Below are positions 1 through 13,457 of a stretch of 64,000 nucleotides of DNA, piece after piece. The notes beneath the pieces are model-generated. The model was not told the origin of the DNA and searched no databases. It worked only from the letters and a program-made list of their open reading frames with translations. The DNA comes from Sphagnum compactum. Lineage: Eukaryota. Position numbers and translations under genes: made by a program. Each line of letters starts with the position of its first letter. Positions within the stretch are counted from its first letter, which is position 1. Location of the stretch: positions 372,001 to 436,000 of the forward strand of contig OZ234493.1 of assembly GCA_965153455.1 (NCBI GenBank), in the 5' to 3' direction.

Positions 1-1598
1 AGAGCCTCCTTACCCTCTTTGTTTTGGGCGTACCCCAAAATCATGGCATTCCAGGTGACCACATCACGGTCAACAATTCTGTCAAACAACTCCCGGGCAG
101 TTGCAAGTTTCCCACACTTGGTGTACATGTCTACAAGAGCATTTTGAACAAAGGAATAAGTTCCATATCCTGCTTTGACTACCTGAGAATGGATTTCTTT
201 CCCCTTTTCTAAAGAGGCTATGCTGGCACAAGCATTGAGGGCACTTGTAAACGTCACACTGTCAGGAACGGCATTTTCTCGTTCCATTTGATGGAAGAGT
301 TCCAGGGCTTTCTCACCTCGCTTCTGCCGAGCATAACCCGATATCATTGCATTCCATGCCACCACATCTCGTTTTGGCATTCGAGCAAAAATCTGATGTG
401 CCTCCAGCACACTCCCACACTTGCAGTACAAGTTCATGACAGCGGTCCATGAGATTATGTCCTTTTCTGGCATCTTGTCAAATACTTGACGGGCACATGG
501 AATGCTTCCACATTTTGCATACATGGAAATCAGTGCATTTCCTAACCGTACATCTGACTCAAATCCAGCCTTGGTTATTAGGGCATGGATTTCCTTCCCT
601 CTTTGCAAAGTTTTGGGGTTTGTGCAAGCACCAAGAACACTCAAAAGTGTGACCTTATCAGGTTTCACACCCTCTTGTTGCATCTTACAAAAGAGTGCAT
701 ATGCCTCTTCAGTGCACCCTTGGTGAACATACCCTGCAATCATGGCAGTCCAAGAAATAACATCCCGTGAAGGAATCTTAGCAAACAATTGCTGTGCCTC
801 AGCAAGCTTCCCAAGCTTGCAATAGAGACTAACAAGCGATGTCCAAGAAACAACATCTCGTTCCTCCATTTTGTCAAAAATTTGGAGGGCACTTTTAACA
901 CACCAGCACCGTGCATACATGCTGACGAGAGCATTTGCAACTGCTGTGTCCCCCTCAAGTCCCGCTTCCAAAATCTGGGAGTGTATCTGCTTTCCTCGAT
1001 CCAAAAATGCAGGGCCCGTACAAGCATTCAAAACATTCAGGAAACAAACTTTGTCAGGTTCCACACCTTCTTTTTGCATTTGCAAGAACAGCTCAAAAGC
1101 TTCATCATAATGACCAAGCTGGATGAGTCCAAAAGTGATTGATGTCCATGTGACTACATCTTTTTCCACCATTTGTTCAAACACTTGACGAGCCTCCGGG
1201 ATGCTCCCACATTTAGCATACATGGTGACTAGGGAGTTTCCCAAATGAACATCAGGTTTGAATCCTGCTCTCATCATGTGAGCATGCACTCGCTTCCCAT
1301 CAGATAAAGCCTTCATCTTCCCACATCCATGTAAAAGTGCACCATAGATTTTGGGGTGTGCATGAATGACTTGTTGGTCGATGATGTCAAGAACCTGTAA
1401 AGCCTCTTTCAATCTTCCTTCCTTGCATAGTGTGCTGATGCCAGAGGCTACTGTATTCTTACTACTGTTAGTTCTCCTGTCCTCCTCGTCAGATCTTTCT
1501 TGCTGGGAATGTATATTTCGTGCAATCACAGAAGTAGCACACCCATTACCAATATCATGTGAAAATAGCTGCCTCCGGTTCCAAATCTGAAGTCCCAT
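1..1598 (-). CDS. PLS-class pentatricopeptide repeat (PPR) protein, 3'-partial (runs off the window); likely organellar RNA-editing or processing factor
   Basis: Manual translation from ATG 1598 gives MGLQIWNRRQ...ISTLCKEGRLKEAL...GKRVHAHMMRAGFKPDVHLGNSLVTMYAKCGSIPEARQVFEQMVEKDVVTWTS...EGVEPDKVCFLNVLNAC, and the same frame reads RDVVTWNAMILGYAQNKEGKEA at the window edge. These are typical P-L-S triplets. A CAG acceptor lies just upstream of the ATG, so further 5' exons (around 1790-1805 and 3270-3650) are possible. E/DYW domains would lie outside the window. Confidence 0.93.
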   Translation of the reverse strand, partial: MGLQIWNRRQLFSHDIGNGCATSVIARNIHSQQERSDEEDRRTNSSKNTVASGISTLCKEGRLKEALQVLDIIDQQVIHAHPKIYGALLHGCGKMKALSDGKRVHAHMMRAGFKPDVHLGNSLVTMYAKCGSIPEARQVFEQMVEKDVVTWTSITFGLIQLGHYDEAFELFLQMQKEGVEPDKVCFLNVLNACTGPAFLDRGKQIHSQILEAGLEGDTAVANALVSMYARCWCVKSALQIFDKMEERDVVSWTSLVSLYCKLGKLAEAQQLFAKIPSRDVISWTAMIAGYVHQGCTEEAYALFCKMQQEGVKPDKVTLLSVLGACTNPKTLQRGKEIHALITKAGFESDVRLGNALISMYAKCGSIPCARQVFDKMPEKDIISWTAVMNLYCKCGSVLEAHQIFARMPKRDVVAWNAMISGYARQKRGEKALELFHQMERENAVPDSVTFTSALNACASIASLEKGKEIHSQVVKAGYGTYSFVQNALVDMYTKCGKLATARELFDRIVDRDVVTWNAMILGYAQNKEGKEA

Positions 1599-1877
1599 CC
1601 ATCTGCATGAACAAGATCACACCCCAACTGCTATTTCACTGACTTGCCACATAACATTTCTGGTATCTGTGCCTTACCAAATTGCATTCAGGTTCTTACA
1701 TAACAAGTATTCCCACAATCTTATTGAAAGACAACACAAAGATGTGATCAACAGCTATTTTTCTTTGCATTAAAACCACATCACCTACCAACTGCATCAA
1801 CCCATCTGTGGGGTTAGTGCTAATAAGATCAGCCTATTGGTTGTTGACTTATACAATGGAGGATGCAGGTGACAGAG

Positions 1878-1900
1878 AAGAGAGAGAGAGAGAGAGAGAG
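1878..1900. repeat. (GA)n microsatellite
   Basis: Run of GA dinucleotides read directly. Confidence 0.9.
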
Positions 1901-4900
1901 TGGGCAATCTATGAGGGCTGCCAAGAAACATACTGGTAATGGACTGATTTGGCAAATCTGCATTGGGCATAAAAGACATTTGGCTTAGGACTCATTGCCA
2001 CCTTGTAAGTGGCTTGGTCCATAATCTACTAGGCTCATGCCAGATGGTACCCATGGTACTTAATGAAGCTATAGGAGGCCCCTCAGGTGAACTGACAACA
2101 TTAAGACAATTTCCCCTTCATATCCAAAGCAGGAATTATATGACGAGAAACCAATTCACAGTTTTCTCTGCTTTGACACAAGGGCACAATGAAGAACACT
2201 TCCCTACTAGGTTTAAATGAAGCACGGAAATGCAATAAAGGAATATATATGATGGAAGTACCGAAAACTCCAGGTTCGGGTTTGGAGGCCCATTTCACTT
2301 CTTCATAAAGAACTTAATCCCATGAAATGTTCATAACTGTTGTGTGCAACCTCCTGCAGAATAAAGTAAGTCAAAAATACCAAAATTTAGAGATCACAAG
2401 GTACCCAAACATATCACCACATCCAGCAGAGGGCCTAAGAATCACATATTTCCAAAACAAGAAAGTTTTCATTAATAAATCCAACCTGAGAAACACAGCA
2501 TCTTACAACTTATAACTTCCCCAGATTTGCCACATTCAATATAGATTGGATTACCAGTTGATCCAGTGACCTTGATCAAAGCTCATATAGATAACAACTG
2601 GCAATGTGAACTAGCACCAAACACATTGCCACAAGCAAGATGGCCATAAGTGCAATGAATATGCCATTGGCTTCATGCTAGACCTAATTGTATTGCGGTT
2701 TGGAACTAGATATGGATGCAGTAGCCACAAAACTTGGAGACACAAAACAAACTGCAGAAAGGACAGGATTTTAGAGAAAAAAATCTGCCTAAACTACTCT
2801 AAGATACTTCACAGTGAAAATCTCCATCCGGATACTTCAAGACTGCAGCTAACCACAAAACCCCCATACACTCAGGGCAGTTTGAACTGAGGTTCTTGGA
2901 TAGGGGAATTTTTTTTCCCCTCAGACACTAGACTCAGCATTACACCTCAAGGCAGCTCTAAAATCAAACAGAATGAGATCTAGAACCAGGGCATACAGAA
3001 TTCTTTCCAACAAGTCAAGCATGATTCAGAGTTAGGGCTCAGAGTTAGGGTTTTACATTACACACTCCGAATAGTGTGATTTATATCACCGACATCAAAT
3101 TGTTCGAGACATGAAGGCTCAAAGAATCTGACAGAAACCAAAACGGTGGAACCATGATGAAAATCCCAGAAAAGAAGAAGAAGCTCTACAATGGCACTTT
3201 CATGCCGTAGAAAACTACTGGATCAAAACAACAGAGGAAAGGAGAGTAATAAGATTGCAGAGAAATTCCCACCGGCTTGGCTGCTGCAGAAAAATCCTCC
3301 TTCCCAAAATGGGTTGCGAATCTTTGATTCCAAATGGCAAGTAAGCAAGCTTCGTGAACTAATCCTCCAAAGAGGAATACGACTTAGAGATTCTCCTTCC
3401 TCTTCCTCCTCACCCCATCGAAATCCAGTTCACGAAAAGAACTTCACTCATATTCAGGCTCTTTCTTAAACAGAAAAGAAAGACATTGTTGGCCCATTAA
3501 CAACAGCATATCTCCATTTTCAAAACCCCATAAAATCTTGCAACAAATTTCCGTTGCGAGGCAACGCAGTCCGTGAGACGCACATGTTGTGTGCCTCCTG
3601 GGTGCAGAGAGTTTGTCGTCGGACGAAGAATTAGGGTTTAAAGGGTACAATGCCCACGTGATGACTTGAGGTGTCGTTATTTCGTCCTCTCAATCAGGAC
3701 TCCAAAACCCTAGTTCTACTACTTGGAATTAAGAATTGTGATGAAGACAAGAAATAGTGCAATAATTATTTTCAATGAGATCGTTTCATGAATATTTAAT
3801 GCAATGATCGATCAGAATATTTTCATACCAGCATAATATCAGGGGAAAAAAAATTCATAAATTATCATTTTTATTGTCCTACTTGATTTTGAAAAATTAA
3901 ATAATTATTTGGCACCTAATTGCCAACCTAGATAATGTAATACATTAATATTAATAACAAGGTTTTTATTTTATATGATTTTATTGTTATCCGGCTTTGG
4001 GTTTATTTCTGGTGAGTGTTGTTTTTTTCTTGAAAAAGACAAAGGTAGGAGACAAAGAATATTTTCAAAATGAAAATCCTTGGGTTAAATTAGATCTATT
4101 GGGATAATTTTCCTTTTAATACATAGTATGTAAATATAAAAAATTGATTTGCTAATTATTTTTACAATATCATCCAACTCAAGTTGGGTTACTTATTTCT
4201 CCAAGATTAATGTACCCAAAAATGTGGAATAGCACATAACATTGCTTGCATAAGTTATGTTCATTGATTGTTGAAGGCTTGCAATTTATTATAAACATAT
4301 GTAATACTGCAGAAAAATTGAGTACAAACCAATTTTTTAAAATGTTTTTAATTCCCCAAAACAATTTAATGTGTTTTTGAAACACCCCCAAAACAAAGTT
4401 CACTACATGTAAAATGCAAAAAAAAAATCTTATATTTTTGTCAATTTTTGTTATTGAATGGGGAAAATCATTAATTATCAAGTGAACAAACTATATACTA
4501 AACTATGAAAACTATGTATGAACTTAACCATGGTTTTAAGCAAATCAAATCACTAGTTCCAATTACATAATTGTTATTCTCAAAAAATTGAGAACCCATT
4601 ATGTGTGTATGTCCCCAACTAAGTGTTTCAACCTTTCAGTTGGGGAACACCACACTTCAAAATGTGTATGGAATAGTCAAAAGCATAGGTATTACCAAGC
4701 CCATAAACCATGATATGGAATAGTTTCAAAGCTTAAGCTCCCTACACCTTGGTAATGGGAATATTTTAGTATCAAAGTTCAAATAGCTTATGGCAAGGGA
4801 TATAAGAAGCTTTAGCCTTTTGTGAATAGTCCTCCTAAACCAAGGGATTTGTGAATATTCTTGAGCAGCCTAGTGAAGAATCTTCATGGACTCATGGTTA

Positions 4901-6959
4901 ACACTTGTCTGGCAAGACACATTTTTTTGGTCTTGCATGTACTAACACTCCTCGTTGGCTTTGAACTCACCAATTGAAAACTAGACTATTATAATATTAA
5001 GGTGTTGAAATAGTAGGGTTTGGATGGGATGAGTAGGAACCACCATACCAACATGAAGACAATTGTCAAAAATCTAGTTTAATATGTAGCAAGATAGAAA
5101 TGATTATCATAAGCATCAACATGGGTGGTTATAAAATTAAATGAATGAATCAGCATGTAATTAAATCAAATTGTCTTTTTAAATTAATAGTAATGAAATC
5201 AAGCCTACATGTTAAAAGCATTTAACAAGGTACATTTACATTTTTAAAAATTCAAAAGAAAAAAAAATTGTTCAAAATGTAGATGTTAGGAATTGTTCAT
5301 GTCCCAAAATTATCAAAACCGTAAACCCCTTAAAGTCTTTTCTACATTAGAACCAGAGACTTGAGTAGGCAAGAGGAGCCTGGCCTGCTTGCTTGTCTAA
5401 ATTGGCTTTGGGGATTCCATTTTTATTTTTATGGAGTCTCTTTCCCCCCCCTTTTTAAGCTCTTTGAGTGTAAATAACAGAGTTGACCAATCTTTAACAT
5501 CATCATCTAGTGTTGTTGCTTCTTATTTCTAGGAGTTAGTTGTGTGTGTCAATTTTACTTTTTACCTTGAAGAAAAGGAAACTCCAAAGACAACAAGAAA
5601 ATGGACAGTTTAGAGGAAACGAAGGAGGAATCATGGAACAACAACTTAGTAGATGGGAGGATTGTAAGGATTGGAGCCACATGTAGCAACAAATGGAGAA
5701 AAAGAAATTGGCAGACAAAATTTCAATCAAGGTTAGTTTTATTTTTTTAAGATTTCACCCAATGTTTGGGTTTTGGTTAGGGCTTTTGTTTCATTTTGAA
5801 CTTGTGTTCTAATGGAACCCTTGGGATTTCAATGAGATTGACCATTGGACTAGAACTTATGGGCATCAACCTGTTAGAAAAAGTTTTGGACTTTTTGTAG
5901 GTTCTTTTTGCGAGGGTCTAAGTTCTTGTGGAAGATGAGAAAGTAGAGTGGTTTTTTAAGTGTGTAGGCCTAGAACTTGAAAATATTCTTCCCTATTAAA
6001 GAGTTTGTCCCCAACAAAAAAAAATAAAAAATTTGTTGTTGATGTTGTGCATAGTTATTGGAGTGGATTGGAATATTTGTGAAGAGGGTATCTAATCCAC
6101 CACAATTGTTTTTTTAAAAACTTTTGCACGATGTTACTTATTTTAGGTCTTCCAAGATTGGGAACAAAGAGTGAAGCCTATAATGTTTTAGCATCAGGAT
6201 GTATAAGTCGTGTTAAACTCAACATAGTAATGATTGTGCCACTCAAGCCTTTAATGTAGTTAAGGTTTGGCTTTGGCATAATGCCCTAGCTAGGGACCTT
6301 CAAGTAATTTCTTATGTTTATCGTTTTGATCTGTTTAATTTTTTGTGGTTGGTTTTGTAGATTTAAGATTGCCATATAACAATAGGTAATTTTTTAATAA
6401 GGGGGACTTGCGCTCCTATTAGGCCTCCTTCTTCATGGGCAACAACCGTCCCATGTCCTTTAGTTCATCATGTCCCATCAAACCCCATCCTTCCCATCAC
6501 CCATTTATTTTATCATGTGCCACCACGAACCTAGTTTCCATCCCATCTCCCATGCTAACCATGAATCTCCCATTGGTTCCCCTCCCATTTTAACAAACCA
6601 CACACCACCCACTAATTCCTTTTACCAGCCCTTAGCCCTTTGTGTGAATGTGAGGCCCTGACCTTACATTTTCCCAAACCTCCTTGGTTATGCACATGTA
6701 AAACCTTTTCCCCTGTCCACTCTACTAGCCCCTCTAGTTGCACACGATCAAACCCCCCAACCTACCTTCATTTCTTCAACATGTTTGTAATTTCCACCTA
6801 AAGTCTCTTGCCCCATTTGTTGGTGCCAATTTACCAGTCGAGGGTTAGCTTGTCATCAACATTTCGATCAAGCACCCAATTCATCTAATCCAAACCCCCA
6901 TGACTATCCCGACTCAATACCTTCCTTTGTTTCCACCTCATTTACATCAATTTAGACTT

Positions 6960-9900
6960 GGGTGTCATCTTTGGATGTCCTCGAGTCTTTTCATTTAGGT
7001 TTTTTTGTTCTCAATTATATAATTGCATCCCTATTACTCTACAATGTGATGTACAAATGGCGTTTCATTTTCCATTGGATAAGCTAATGCAAGACCCCTA
7101 TGATGTGGCAGTTTGGCATTTGTTCCTTTTATTATCCCAATGGTGTTTCACTTTGCCCCCTCATGGTAGGGTAGTGGGGCATAAGGAAACACAGATTTGA
7201 CTCAAACGTTTCCTAGTAGGCAATTGGGAAAACTTATAGGAAAGAATTTTTTTTGTGAACCTAAGCTTTTGCGGCAAGTTTGAATTTAGTGCCTTTTTCC
7301 CCAACTTGATCCCCTAACTCATAAACATTTTTTTCGAAGTCTAGTTCTTGGACATGCAAGGGGAATATTTTAAAACAACATTTTCCCCTCCACCCACGTC
7401 TTCTGACACCACCTTAGCTCTCACTGCACTACACCCTACATTAGATGGCTCCTTCCCATTTTTCCTATAAGATTATGAATTAAACCAAGACTTCGAACTT
7501 TCTTCTGAATCCTTCAAACTAACATTCCAATGCATGCCCCACTTGTTAGCAAATGGTGTTTTGGGAATGATTTTTGAACACCTTTAGGATTATTTTCACC
7601 CAAAAGATTCAATGAGTGGATTCCCTTAGTTATTTCAACTTCATGATCCTATTGCTAAAGGTCACATTCCACCTCCAATTGCATGTGTCCTTGGCACAAT
7701 TCGCCTCTTAACCATGACCAAGCCTTTAGGCGAAGTTCATCCCATTATAGTGGGCGAAACACTATATTGATTCACAAGTCACGCCTTATGCCTTCAATTT
7801 CGTAATGCCTTTGTAACACATTTCTCCCCACACCAATTCGGAGTTGCAACTAAGGATGGTTGTGAAGCAATAATCCATGGCATCATATGCACCTTAGACT
7901 TTCACCCCAATTGGATTGTTTTCTAGTTAGACATAGCAAACACTTTCAATTCAATGTCAAGAGGGGTCATATTTTAAGAGTTTCATGCAACAAATGGAAA
8001 CATCATGCAATTCATCCCTTTTGTTTGTGCATTTTATGCATTTGTGTTTTCCCTATTTTACAGCCATCATAATCGTGAAAGTGATGTCACAGTCATCCCC
8101 TTTGCCATGGGAACCCGCCAAAATGCTCCTTTGGGAGGGGCACTATTTGCATTAACCCACTTTAAGGCTTTGCGTACTACAGTTAGTCATTTCCCTTCTT
8201 GTTTATTTCCATCCATTGTTGACGACATTCACATGATAGGTCCCCCTTTTATTATATCATTTACATATGAATATTTCCAAACTGAATTCCATGCGACATG
8301 ATTTTTTATCGAATTTCATAAATGTGTAACATGGTCACTTTTTAGTTTACCGCCTGATTTTAACACCCCATCCCAATTTACCATCCCATTAGAAGGAATT
8401 ATAGTTTTGGGAGTTCCATTGGACACTTCATCATTCACATAATCCTTCATCAAAGATGCCCTATTAGAGGATGTTCGACATGTTGATCTTTTGCTTAGAA
8501 TGGGTGATGTTCAAATAACTTTTGGAATTTTAATTCACAGTTTCGTGCAATGGCCTTCATATTTCTTATGATGTACACCTCCTTCTTCCACCTTCATAGA
8601 ATCCCTCATTTTTTTTTACTTTTTCCTCCTTTAAGTGTTTGGGCACCTTTGACAATTTAGAAGGACCTCTAACATGTAAACAAGCCTCTTTCCCAATAAC
8701 TTTCGGTGGCATTGGGTTCATACTAACGACCACCATCGCCCTAACAACCTATTTAGGGAATTGGGCCCTTGTAGTTCAATCATAGCTGCTAGGTTTATGG
8801 TTGATCAACGTCCCTTCTTCTTGAAGTTTTAACACAAGTCAACAATAAACCTTCCTTTTCTAGCAACACTTCAAAGCAGCATGTGATTTCCTATTACCCC
8901 CAGTTTGCACATGTCTTCCTTTGTTTGAACAACTCATTAGGCAACCAATGGTTCCATTTTAAGATTCCATCTTGGAGTGTTTGCACCATCATACCTTTTC
9001 TAACATGCTCTCTAACGGGATATCCAAAGCCCATCATGCCCAAATGCTACCATGTTTTGGCCCAAGGGCAAGTGTTTGGCTTACAATTCAACCAATCTTC
9101 CCAAGTTTTTGATTAACTTCCCCAATCTTTTTCACAATGTTTTGATTACAACTTGGACTACCCCATTTTTCAATTGCAAGTATCTTTTTATGCGTGTGCA
9201 CACATCCCATCGGCCTTATGAATATTCACCTCTTACGTTGTGTTCATGGCAACGAGTGCATAGGAACCATGATGGAGTTTGTGACACCTTTGTTGCCATT
9301 ACGCATGATGCTGGTTTCCACATGGGGCGAAAACAACTACATGCGCTTTCTTCAATACATTTACTGCCCAACTTAAGATGGAGGATGCTTGTAGCCTTTG
9401 TAATGTGATTGAATTTTTTTGCTAAAGAAAAGTAACCAAGACAAAAAAATGGAAGGCCCTCTGGTCCTTTTAAATTCCAAATGGCATTAACACAATTGTG
9501 TAAAAACACATCTGCTTGTTTATGTAGATATCCAAATACCTCCATTCCTAAAGGGAGGAATTGATTAGCAAGGTGTCAGTTGCGATAGCTCCATTTTTTG
9601 GCTTGAGCCACATTGGAAGTAGCAAATCTTTGGGTGGTGCAAGATTGGGGAAATAAATTCGCTCGTGTTGGGTTAACAATGACAACATCGACTAAGGTGC
9701 AAATGTTATCTTTGGTGAGCACAATGTTAATTCGTCAATGAGAGGAGTTGAACATGGTTGAACTACTTTTTGACTTCCATTCCTTTAGGACACATCTCCC
9801 ATCTCCATGACTAACTTATTGTAAGCAGCTAGTTTTTGATATGGAAAAATATGACTAACCTCCTATAAGTGGTTGGTTTTTGACATGGATAGGTTTTGAC

Positions 9901-9995
9901 ATCTAGTTTGAGTTAACTTGATGTCATGTAAATTCTCCCTTTTCTTTTTTCTTATCCTTTTGTACATTTTCCTAATCTACGGTGTGTTTATCAAT
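6960..9995 (+). mobile_element. Decayed CRE-like (restriction-like endonuclease) non-LTR retrotransposon
   Basis: Broken-frame RT motifs (PHQFGVATKDGCEAIIHGI, VDIANTFNSMSR, GTRQNAPLGGALF, VDDIH), a CCHC-type knuckle (CTHPI..NIHLLRCVHG), and an REL endonuclease segment (RINIVLTKD..TLVDVVIVNP..AKK.SY..FLPLGMEVFG) that now lies inverted. Many stops and frameshifts. Ends approximate. Confidence 0.75.
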
Positions 9996-10964
9996 AAAGT
10001 TTTGTAAGGTTGCACTTTAAATCTTTTATTGTCCACTTTTCAAAACCTCATTTCCATTAGTTAAAAGAAATTGATCATCGAACATGACCAAAAATCTATC
10101 CAAATATTATATTTTACACTTTATACAATCTTTAAGAGAGGATCTATGAAACCCTTTCCAAGATATCATTTCCCAATAATTGAGATTGTTGGTTTTGACA
10201 ATTTCAAATGCATTCCATGTTGTTTTTTTCCACATAACAATAGAACATTCTTTATCTACTAAGTAAAGGTGCTAAAACATGAAGGGTTTGGTTAATAGCA
10301 AATGTGATAAAATGTGTCCAATCACCACATGATTTCTAGAAAATATGATAAGAAAAAAACTAGATGCATATGGGATTTCAATTTGGAAGTTACAATTTGA
10401 GAATTGAAGTTATATTTTATCAAAAGATTGGGATTTTGGGCTTGGGTCGAACTCAAGTCACTTTAGGGATTGTGCTAGAACTTTACTAACCATGAATTGC
10501 AATAGTTCACACACCTTGTGACAAAGAATGGAAGAAAACCACATTGAAAGCAAGAAGGATTCCCACAACATGAGGTCATAGCATTGACAATTCCAAAAAC
10601 ATCTTCATGCTCCCACATTGATTGCATAAGCACTATTGCATTGGTGTTTTGAAAAGAATAACCCTAGGTTTTATAAACATTCACCTACCTAAAACTTCAC
10701 CTTATTGTGATGGTTTTAGTCCTAGGACCTTTTTTTGTTTTTTTTTTCAAACATGAATTGGTTGTGGGGTTGTTGTCTCCTCCCCAAACACAAATATCCA
10801 AGTTCTAGTGTAGTCGTGATGGCTCCTTTTCCTCTCCAAATGTGAAGCTTGTGTTGTTTCCATTTCCTCAATTAACACAAAGCTTGTGCTATCTTTGTCT
10901 TTTATCTCCTTTCCAAACATGAAGCTTGTGTTGTTTTTGTTTCCTCAATTAATGTAAAGTTTGT

Positions 10965-11562
10965 GTTATTTTCATCTTTTTCCAAAAACTGTCTTTGCTG
11001 CTCCTCTTCACACTTTCCCATGATGGTTCATCACTTAAACCGCTACAAGGAACCCCACATTCTTTTGGTAGAGCTTACACAAACCACCCTGAAAGAGAGC
11101 CCATGCACCCTCTAGACACGAAAGAAATCTTTGCACGACGAATTTTCATGCATCACAAAACACAAGATACTAATTTCAACTTGAATTTAGGAGAAAAATT
11201 GAGTGGCATCCTACGTAGTTATTTTCATTTCTCTCGATCTTCTTCTTGTAGTGTTTTCATCTTTTTCCAAAAAATGTCTTTGCTGCTCCTCTTCACACTT
11301 TCCCATGACAGTTCATCACTTAAACCGTTACAAGGAACCCCACATTCTTTTGGTAGGAATGCACATGTTCAAAACATTCACAAGAGCTTACACAAACCAC
11401 CCTGAAAGAGAGCCCGTGCACCCTCTACACACGAAAGAAATCTTTGCACGCCGAGTTCTCATGCATCACAAAACACAAGATACTAAATTCATCTTGAATT
11501 TAGGAGAAAAATTGAGTGCCATCCTACGTAGTTACTTTCATTTCTCTCGAACTTTTTTGTAG
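10965..11562. repeat. Tandem duplication of a ~285-310 bp unit (2 copies)
   Basis: TTTTCATCTTTTTCCAAAAA.TGTCTTTGCTGCTCCTCTTCACAC... occurs at ~10970 and ~11255. The second copy has an extra ~28 bp (GGAATGCACATGTTCAAAACATTCACAA). Confidence 0.92.
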
Positions 11563-12489
11563 TGACTTTTCTTTTACATTGTCAGTTTCACACAAACCCA
11601 AGGTTCTCATCTTGTGTCCTACCTACTTTACTTTACGGATAACTTGATTGAGTCAGTTGAGGTTCATCCACAAAAAAAAGTGAGTAATAATGGGCAAACC
11701 AGTGGATTGTGCACTGGTGGGGTGCTGCTCCACTGTGGCCCCACAAGACCTTAACTATTGCAAGATGGATTATTTCCAATGCATGGTGCGCTGGTGGCTG
11801 TGTGGTGGTTTACTTTGGTTGGATGGTGCACTGGGGTGGTGGCTGTTTGGTTCTCCCAAATGCATGGCGCCATTTGGAAGTCGAATTTTGCCTTATTCCC
11901 AATATTGCCTGTAGGCCCATTCCGCACGTTCCCATGAGTTCACCTGCAAGTTCCCTTGCTTGTAATGTTAGATATTGGGCTGGGTATTGTTGGGATTAAT
12001 TGGTCCGAACCCATTGTGGGGGGAAGAATGGGCAGTGGGCACTAAAATTTTATAGCAAGCCGAATTCCCAAAGTATAAGGTGTCAAAGGAAGAGTCATTA
12101 CTTTTTAAAATTAAAAAAAAAACTGGGATTGTTGAAAACCCTAGGGGCAGCATTGCCTAGTACTCAATTCCCCCCTAGGGCCGGGGTTTATGGGAACAAG
12201 GAAGGGCCTTGCGAGGTGGAATCCAAAGCCTGACCCCAAGGGATTTACATGGTTTAAAAACAGCTGTGTTTTTTAATAAAATAAATTATTTTAAATTTAT
12301 TAATTGTAAAATTTAATTTTAAATTTATAAAAAATTAATTAAAAAAATTATTTAAAGAAAAAAAAGAAAACCTACAAGTTTTACAAAAAAAGTGTAAACC
12401 CCACCTCCGCACGGCATAACAATTTTTTAAAAGCCCATCAGGTTTTAATGTTGGGTAAGGTGCTCTCCAGATACACTAAGACAAAAAAA

Positions 12490-12850
12490 AGGCTAGGTTT
12501 TTGGCCTTGCCTACCAAGGCCCTTAAGGATATTGTTGTGTTTAGATTCACTATAGAGTTATAGGGATTTTGGCCGCGGCTAGGTAATAATAATAATAATA
12601 GGTCTATGTTTATAGACGGACTTTCGAAAGATGATATATTTTGGCTTGTGTTGAAACTTGAGATTAGTTATAATAGAGTTATAATAATATCTTGAAGGAT
12701 TTTGGTTTCTTTTAGAGGATTTTTTTTAAGAAGATTATATTTTTGCATGGTGAAGTATTTGAGTTTCATAATTCTACTTTTTTGCCTTAAGATGATACTT
12801 TTTAATGTCAAATGGCAAGGCCACAGTGTGTGACACACCCCTTGTTGTGG
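12490..12850 (+). repeat. Dispersed repeat, inverted homolog of 35090-35430
   Basis: GGCCTTGCCTACCAAGGC, AAAGATGATAT..TTTGGCTTG.GTTGAA.CTTGAGATTAGTTATA and GGCAAGGCCACAG.GTG recur in order as reverse complements at 35090-35430. Confidence 0.85.
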
Positions 12851-13075
12851 AGGTGTTGAAAACTCTAGGTGCAAATTTAGGGTTTCCCCTGCTCTCTCCC
12901 ACCGACCCACCCAAACGGAGGGTTTTTTTCTTGCCCTCCTGTTTTAGGGTTTGGTTTTTGTCGTTTGTTTGGTGATTTTTTTCTGCTGCGCGAGATCTTT
13001 GTTTGTTTGTCGTTGCAGCGTCTGCGTAGCGAAGGTATTGCAGGAGTTTTGTCAGGTGTGCGTGCGTGCATGATA

Positions 13076-13115
13076 AGAGAGAGAGAGAGAGAGAGAGAGA
13101 GATTACGGCTGCTGG

Positions 13116-13146
<31 letters not shown>
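13076..13146. repeat. Compound (GA)n and (TGTC)n microsatellites in the putative 5' leader/promoter of the DUF740-like gene
   Basis: Read directly. Confidence 0.9.
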
Positions 13147-13457
13147 CTTGCCCCGTTATCGTCTCAAAACTCCCCCACGACCCCTCGGACCCGGTCTCCA
13201 GGAATGATTCTCTCGGCAGCAAATTCACGAAGTTCTTCCGCCTGCGTGTGACCTGCGCCTTGCGTCACTGCGACTTCTTCAATCTCTCGAAGTATATATC
13301 AGAAAGCTTGGAAATCTGTCAGCGAGTCGTTGACACAGAAGAGTTTCTGTAACGCCACTGCGATTACCCAGTGATCGTCGTCGTCAAGCGCACACGCGTG
13401 GCTGGCTGGCTGTTTGTCTGGTGCAACGCTCCAAAATTAGGGTTTCGGGAATCCAAG

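Noticed and set aside
24-1590. Several + strand ORFs
   Set aside because: They are antisense shadows of the PPR gene. The same applies to ORFs opposite the ubiquitin, transposase and tandem paralog genes.
3028-3055. TTAGGG motifs as interstitial telomere
   Set aside because: Only isolated telo-box-like units in a short local duplication, with no array.
10995-11562. 136-aa and 119-aa ORFs with internal repeats
   Set aside because: They are by-products of a tandem duplication, with non-ATG starts and no recognisable domain.
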